This document shows positions 59,021 through 64,000 of a stretch of DNA of 64,000 bases, piece by piece (the stretch's first letter is position 1; each line of letters starts with the position of its first letter). Where the stretch lies: the NCBI GenBank assembly GCA_039936175.1, contig JBDTIV010000017.1, positions 4,058 to 68,057 on the forward strand. Reading direction: 5' to 3'. The position numbers were made by a program, and so were the translations under genes. Source of the DNA: Gemmatimonadaceae bacterium. GTDB taxonomy: Bacteria > Gemmatimonadota > Gemmatimonadetes > Gemmatimonadales > Gemmatimonadaceae. The notes beneath the pieces are model-generated. The model was given only the letters and a program-made list of their open reading frames with translations, did no database searches and had not been told where the DNA came from.

Positions 59021-61860
59021 CTAACGGCCGGTCACCTCGATCCGGGTGTACAGGAACCGGCCGTTGTACCCGAACGGCGAAGCTGGCGGCCATGGGAAAA
59101 TGTCAAAGCCGTTGCCTTCGTTCATTCGGTCAGGATAAGTGTCGAAAAGATTTCTTCCGCCCACTGAGAGCTTGAATCCGCGCGCGGGTGTGAATCCGAT
59201 CTCGGCGTCAACCAATCCTTTGGCGCTGTAGTTCTGGACGTCGCCGCCGCTGTAGCTGTAGAGCGCGGAAGTGTATTTCCCATAGTACGAATAGCGAGCC
59301 ATCCCGTTCCACACTCCCCTCGCAAATTGTCCGGTCACCGTGCTCCGCCAGGCGGGCCGCTCCTTCGTGATCGCGAGCAGTCCGCCCTCGTCGTACTTGT
59401 TGATCAAGGTCACGCCGGTCCCCTGCAGCTCGGGAGGCAGCGGAATGTTGTCTTCGTTCGGAATCGTTGTGCGAGTGAAGTTGAAGACGGCGTTCAGCCC
59501 CGCGGTGCCCCGAGCGTCGCGAAGGTGTAGTCGCCCGTCACATCTAGGCCTTTCGTTCGCGTATCGATCGCATTCGTGAAATACTGGGCGGTCGTCGCGC
59601 GCGAGCCGATGTTGCGAAGGATCGCCGACACGCTGTCCGTCCCATCGCCCAGAAATCCGGTGATGGTAATGCGATCGTTGATTGCGATGTAGTAGAAGTC
59701 GCTCGTAAAAGTGAGATTGTCGATCGGTGTGGCGGCGAACCCGGCACTCAGATTTCGCGACGATTCCGCCTTGAGCGGGCGTGCGCCCAGAGCGCGCGCC
59801 TCGGGCGAATTCACGGGAAAGATCCCGATCTCGAATGGAACCGGATTCCCCGTCGTCGGATCGGCCTCGAAGTTGGTTACGACACTCGAGTAATAGCTCT
59901 GGTTGAGGGACGGCGCCCGAAATCCGGTGTTCACCGCCGCGCGAAGCGTAAGTCGTTGAGTCGGCTGGAATCGCATCGCAAGCTTGCCGGTGACCTTGCT
60001 CCCGAAATCGCTGTAGTGCTCATAGCGCGCCGCGACGTCCGCGAGAAGGCGTGGCGCGAGGTCACCCTCGAGATCGACATAGGCGCCGATATTGTTTCGG
60101 TGCGAGTTGCTCGCGTCTTCCGGCCTGAATCCAGGGAAGACCTGCGACCCCGACGGAGCGATGCTTCCGTCCGACGCTGGGTGGAACCCGTTGATGTAGG
60201 AGGCGGGCTCGCCCGCAACGATCTGATAATTCTCGTTCCGGAAGGCGGCTCCGAGCGCGACGTTGACGGGGGACGCGAGCCCCATGGCGTATTCATGACT
60301 GGCATCGAGGCTGACGATCGCCTCGGTGTACTTGAGCTCTCCGGCGAAAAAACTCGTTCTGTTTGGAATTCCGGGATCGTCAGCGGTGCCAAGCACTCCA
60401 TCCGCGCCCGGCGCGCAGGGCGTGCCGAGACATGGGCCGAGCGATGTGTTGAGCGTGTTCTTCAGATTGTACTTGAAGCCATTGTGACCCACCGTGCCGC
60501 CCAGGTCATAAGACCAACCAGACAAGAGGCCACGCACGCCGCCGGCTCCCGAGAAATCGAGGACGTCAGGCGCAAATTTCGGAAGGAATCCGTTGGGATA
60601 TATCTGCGTCCAGTTGCGCGCGCTCGATGGCGGTCTGAAGTATCCGAATCCCGCGCCGCGCCTGAAGCTGTAGCCCCCGTTCGCGTAGAGCCCGGCCGCT
60701 GAATTGGCGGAATCGAGCGGTAGGCTGGCGCTGAAGAAGGTCATGAAATCCTTTGAGGCGCCGTCGCCCCAGTGGTGGTCGGGCATGCCAATCGAGTTGT
60801 TCTTGGCAGTGAGATTCCCATTCACCACCGCGTCGGCGTCTCCGGTGACGAACATGTCCGTTGGATCGGGTCCCGCACGATTCGTAGGCTGTCTGTCGCG
60901 ATACTCGGCGAACAGACTCAGCGAGCCGCGGCCAAGGGGCACCCCCCATCCTCCGTTGACGTCTATGGTGCGACCGTCGTGCGCATAAGCCGGACGCTTA
61001 CCGCTCGCGTCGGGAAGCGCGGCCGGATTCGGCTCGCCCGTCATGTATTGGCCGAGGTCGGCACTGAGGAAGGGGGAGAACACTCCTTCCTTGAGAACAA
61101 TGTTGACCACGCCGGCAATCGCGTCCGATCCGTATTGCGCGGCGGCGCCGTCACGAAGGACCTCGATCCGGTCAATCGCGCCGGCTGGAATTGCATTCAG
61201 GTCGACGCCGCTCGATCCCGCGCCTTCTCCCGCTCCGTAATAGTGGACGAGAGCCGTGTGATGCCGGCGCTTTCCGTTGAGGAGCACCAGTGTGTGATCG
61301 GGACTGAGACCGCGCATGGTGAATGGACGCACGATCTCGGTGGCATCCGAAACGCTCTGGCGGGGAAAGTTCACCGATGGTGACAGCTGAGAAAGAATCT
61401 GGGCGGTTTCGCTCGTGCCCTGCGATTTGATCTGCTCGGATGTGAAAACATCGACGGGGACCGCCAGCTCCTCGGCGGCGCTGTGCCTCGCGCGTGACCC
61501 GATGACCACCTCGGTCAGCGCAACCGCGGCATGGCGAATAAGAAAGTTCTGCTCGACCACCTGTCGGTCGCTCACGGTGACGTCGACGGGTGATCCGACG
61601 AATCCGAGGCGGCGAACTCGGAGCGTATAGTTGCCCGGTGGGATGCGAGAGATGACGTAGTCGCCGTTGTCTCTGCTCGTGGCTCGAAATCCCCCGGGCT
61701 CGGCCGTAACGACAGCCTGCGCAATCGGAGCTCCGGTGGAGTCGGCAACCCTACCGCGAATGGTCGCGCCCTGGGCCAAAGCATTGAGCGGAACTATGAG
61801 AATCAGGAGGAGGCCGGCGAGACCCGGCAGGAGGCCCAACAGAAGCCTGGAGCGTCGCAT
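59021..61860 (-). pseudogene. TonB-dependent receptor split by a single-base frameshift (or sequencing error)
   Basis: ATG 61860 with signal peptide, N-terminal carboxypeptidase-regulatory-like domain and plug (IEVLRDGAAAQYGSDAIAGVVNIVLK). The frame stops at 59494, but the barrel continues in another frame to 59021 (GGRNLFDTYPD...SPFGYNGRFLY). Adding one G to the G4 run (59508-59511) gives one ORF of 946 aa. Confidence 0.85.
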
Positions 61861-61868
61861 AACACCTC

Positions 61869-61909
61869 GCGTAAGGAGGAATGTCGCTGACAGCGAAAAG
61901 ACCTTACGC
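61869..61909 (-). promoter_or_regulatory. stem-loop or palindrome abutting the receptor RBS
   Basis: GCGTAAGG...CCTTACGC enclosing TCGCTG-T-CAGCGA, directly 5' of GAGGTG and the ATG. Confidence 0.4.
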
Positions 61910-62080
61910 CTTAACGAATGCTCCTGCAAGTGGGCAAACGAGGCCAGGGACATGGGAACACGCGGAGAAATGCAAAAACAGTTGTCGGGCCTCCGTTTCG
62001 CCGACTCGGACATCTTTTTGGTAGCGTTCTTGCCGCTCCAGTCGTCCTCACCGTGAATCTTTCACAGTCACTGAGGGTTT

Positions 62081-62653
62081 ATGCAATACAGAATATTCGC
62101 TTCCGTTTCTCTTCTTGCCGTCAGCGCCTTTGCGAGCGCATGCTCGCGCAACAAACCAGTCGCCAGCGCGCCGACGCCTTCAGCGGCTTCCGTCGCGGCC
62201 GATGCCGCTGATCGTGAAAGTGCCAGGCTCCGCGAAGAGGGCGTAAGGGCCGCAGCCGCGGCTCAAGCCGATGCAGAACGCGCCGCAAAGTCGCGCGCGG
62301 AAGTACAGGCTACTATTACGACGCCAGTTCGATTCGAGTTCGACCGTGCCGTGCTGAACGACGAAGGACTCCAGCTCCTCGACGCGAAAGTCGCGGCGCT
62401 GCAGGCCAACCCAGCCATTCGGGTGAGGATCGAAGGCAATGCCGACGACAGCGGCTCTGACGAGTACAACATGGCGCTGAGTCAGCGTCGCGCGGCAATC
62501 GCGCACAGATATCTCACGGACCGCGGAATCGATGGGTCGAGACTGCAGATCGTGAGCAACGGCGAGGAGCATCCCTCCTGCACGGCCAGCCATGACGAGC
62601 CATGCCGCGCGCAGAACCGGCGCGACGAGTTCGTGATCCTGTCGGGTCTATAG
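62081..62653 (+). CDS. Pal-like OmpA-domain peptidoglycan-associated lipoprotein
   Basis: Lipobox ASAC; VRFEFDR, IEGNADDSGSDEYNMALSQRRA, SNGEEHP, QNRRDEF. Confidence 0.9.
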   Translation: MQYRIFASVSLLAVSAFASACSRNKPVASAPTPSAASVAADAADRESARLREEGVRAAAAAQADAERAAKSRAEVQATITTPVRFEFDRAVLNDEGLQLLDAKVAALQANPAIRVRIEGNADDSGSDEYNMALSQRRAAIAHRYLTDRGIDGSRLQIVSNGEEHPSCTASHDEPCRAQNRRDEFVILSGL

Positions 62654-62668
62654 TCCCAGCTGTAAATC

Positions 62669-62705
62669 AAAACGCCGCTCCCATTCGTGGGGGCGGCGTT
62701 TTTTT
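62669..62705 (+). terminator. intrinsic terminator
   Basis: AAAACGCCGCTCCCA-TTCG-TGGGGGCGGCG followed by T7. Confidence 0.9.
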
Positions 62706-62750
62706 GTTCCGCGAATCACGCTGAAGGCACGGATAGATTAGAATGAGCTA

Positions 62751-63161
62751 ATGGCAGAAGACGTCGTTCTTTCCCGACTGATAGAAACCGGTACGAAGTG
62801 GCCGCTGCTCGGCCTGCGGATAATAGTTTTCGCGTGGGGACATACGATCGAGGGCACGATTACCTCGAGCAAGGATTACGACGGCGAGCTGGCGTCGGCG
62901 ATCGACAAGGCAATTGTGTCGCCGCCCGCCGCTGATGTTGCCGACCGATCCGCGCTCGACCGCGCCCGGGACGCATTGAAGGCACTCGCCACAGAAGAGG
63001 GTGCGAAGGGTCGCGAGCCGCTCATTTTTCTCAAGTCGGTCTCGGTCGACGGCGACAAGAATCTGGATCGACTGCGGATTCCGGTCTCGGCTGTGGTTGG
63101 CTACTCGCTGCTGGAAAAAGAGAAGGAAAAAATCGTCAACGACGGTTTCCTCCGGCGGTAG
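62751..63161 (+). CDS. hypothetical protein, weak resemblance to the GvpU-like family
   Basis: Pattern G.TIEGTITSSKDY...IFLKSV...LRIPVSAVVGYSL; convergent with the DMT gene. Confidence 0.55.
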   Translation: MAEDVVLSRLIETGTKWPLLGLRIIVFAWGHTIEGTITSSKDYDGELASAIDKAIVSPPAADVADRSALDRARDALKALATEEGAKGREPLIFLKSVSVDGDKNLDRLRIPVSAVVGYSLLEKEKEKIVNDGFLRR

Positions 63162-64000
63162 TCAGGAGGCAGGCGCGATCTTCTGATCGCGCGGAGCCGT
63201 CGCCGTAATCGCGACGCCGAGTGCCATCAGTGCGCCCGAAGCGGCGAGCAGCCACGTCAACGGCTCACCGAAAACGGCTACGCCGACGATCGTCCCGACA
63301 AATGGAGCCATTGAAAACGCGGCGATCGTCCGGGTGGCGCCAATTCGTCGGAGCGCCATCACGACCAACACCAGGCTGATCCCGTAACCAAAGAAGCCAA
63401 GAGTTGCAGCGAGGCCCAGCTTGCTCGCGCTCGGCCAAGTGGCGTCGAGAGCGAGCGCGATCAGGATGTTGACCGAGCCCGCGACCAATCCTTTGATCAT
63501 CGCAATCTGCAGCGCGTCGCTCCTTGAGATTCGCTCCATGAAGTTGTTGTCGAATCCCCACGCCACGCAGGCGCCCGCGACGAGCGCGGGTCCCCAACCT
63601 TCAGACAAGCGGGTACTTCCGTGCCAGCCGAGAAGAATTCCTCCGGCGATTACGATGATCAGCCCCATCCCAACACGCGCGGAGAATTTCTCCTTGAAGA
63701 GAAGCCACGCGATCAATGCTGTGAACACCGCCTCGAGGTTGAGCAGGAGGGACGCTTCCGAGGCGGGCATCCTTTGAAGGGCATTCATCAGAAGAATGGG
63801 CGCCGCTGCGCCGCCGGCGAGTACGGAGCCCGAGAGCCACGGCAGGTCTTTCTTCTTCAGAGTGTCGGCTCGCTCTCCCGGCCGCAGAGCCCGAACGAGC
63901 GCCATGCCAATCCCCGAGCCGACGTAAAGAAGTCCGGCCATTCCCTGAGGGGATGCCGTCCCCAGGAGGGACTTGGCGAATGGCGCGCTGGCCCCGAACA
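63162..64000 (-). CDS. DMT/EamA family transporter (5' end off the right edge)
   Basis: Frame stays open to the window end (LFGASAPFAKSLL...AGLLYVGSG); SLLLNLEAVFT, WGFDNN, KGLVAG, APFVG. Confidence 0.9.
   Translation of the reverse strand, partial: FGASAPFAKSLLGTASPQGMAGLLYVGSGIGMALVRALRPGERADTLKKKDLPWLSGSVLAGGAAAPILLMNALQRMPASEASLLLNLEAVFTALIAWLLFKEKFSARVGMGLIIVIAGGILLGWHGSTRLSEGWGPALVAGACVAWGFDNNFMERISRSDALQIAMIKGLVAGSVNILIALALDATWPSASKLGLAATLGFFGYGISLVLVVMALRRIGATRTIAAFSMAPFVGTIVGVAVFGEPLTWLLAASGALMALGVAITATAPRDQKIAPAS

Noticed and set aside
61861-62080. Cobalamin, TPP or c-di-GMP riboswitch upstream of the TonB receptor
   Set aside because: I could not find the conserved aptamer motifs by eye; isolated GGCAAAC and GAAA words do not assemble into the consensus.

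Overview
High-GC bacterial chromosomal segment, densely coding and mostly on the minus strand, with many ATGA/GTGA/TGATG translational overlaps. Gene content and style suggest Gemmatimonadota, but this is inference only. Left to right it holds: (1) a diaminopimelate/lysine operon (M20 peptidase-asd-lysC-dapB-dapA-dapD, running off the left edge); (2) a hybrid sensor kinase and lipid kinase directly behind a tRNA-Gly(GCC)/tRNA-Leu(TAA) pair; (3) an unknown outer-membrane protein; (4) xseB-ispA-dxs-nadK-recN; (5) a SahR-like ArsR/methyltransferase regulator with ahcY and a clear palindromic operator; (6) tilS-hpt-ftsH-folP-DUF2723; (7) a lytic transglycosylase and zwf/gnd with HAD and cyclase-family genes; (8) apaG, an M13 peptidase, a SET-domain protein and fahA; (9) a stand-alone MprF-type transferase domain, a LytS/LytTR pair and UPF0182; (10) a periplasmic 3-ketoglycoside (Gul-like) catabolic gene set split into two blocks around an orphan pilT and an EmrB-type MFS; (11) a frameshifted TonB-dependent receptor, a Pal/OmpA lipoprotein and a DMT transporter running off the right edge. 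I saw no CRISPR array, rRNA, integrase, transposase or phage genes. The best leads are a sigma54-promoted lipoprotein made only of a TonB-receptor plug domain, a PilT with a duplicated N-terminal domain and a coupled unknown partner, the split glycoside-oxidation system with tandem 33-bp leader hairpins and a frameshifted receptor, and a kinase gene abutting a tRNA 3' end. All family assignments come from motif recognition by eye, not from database searches.
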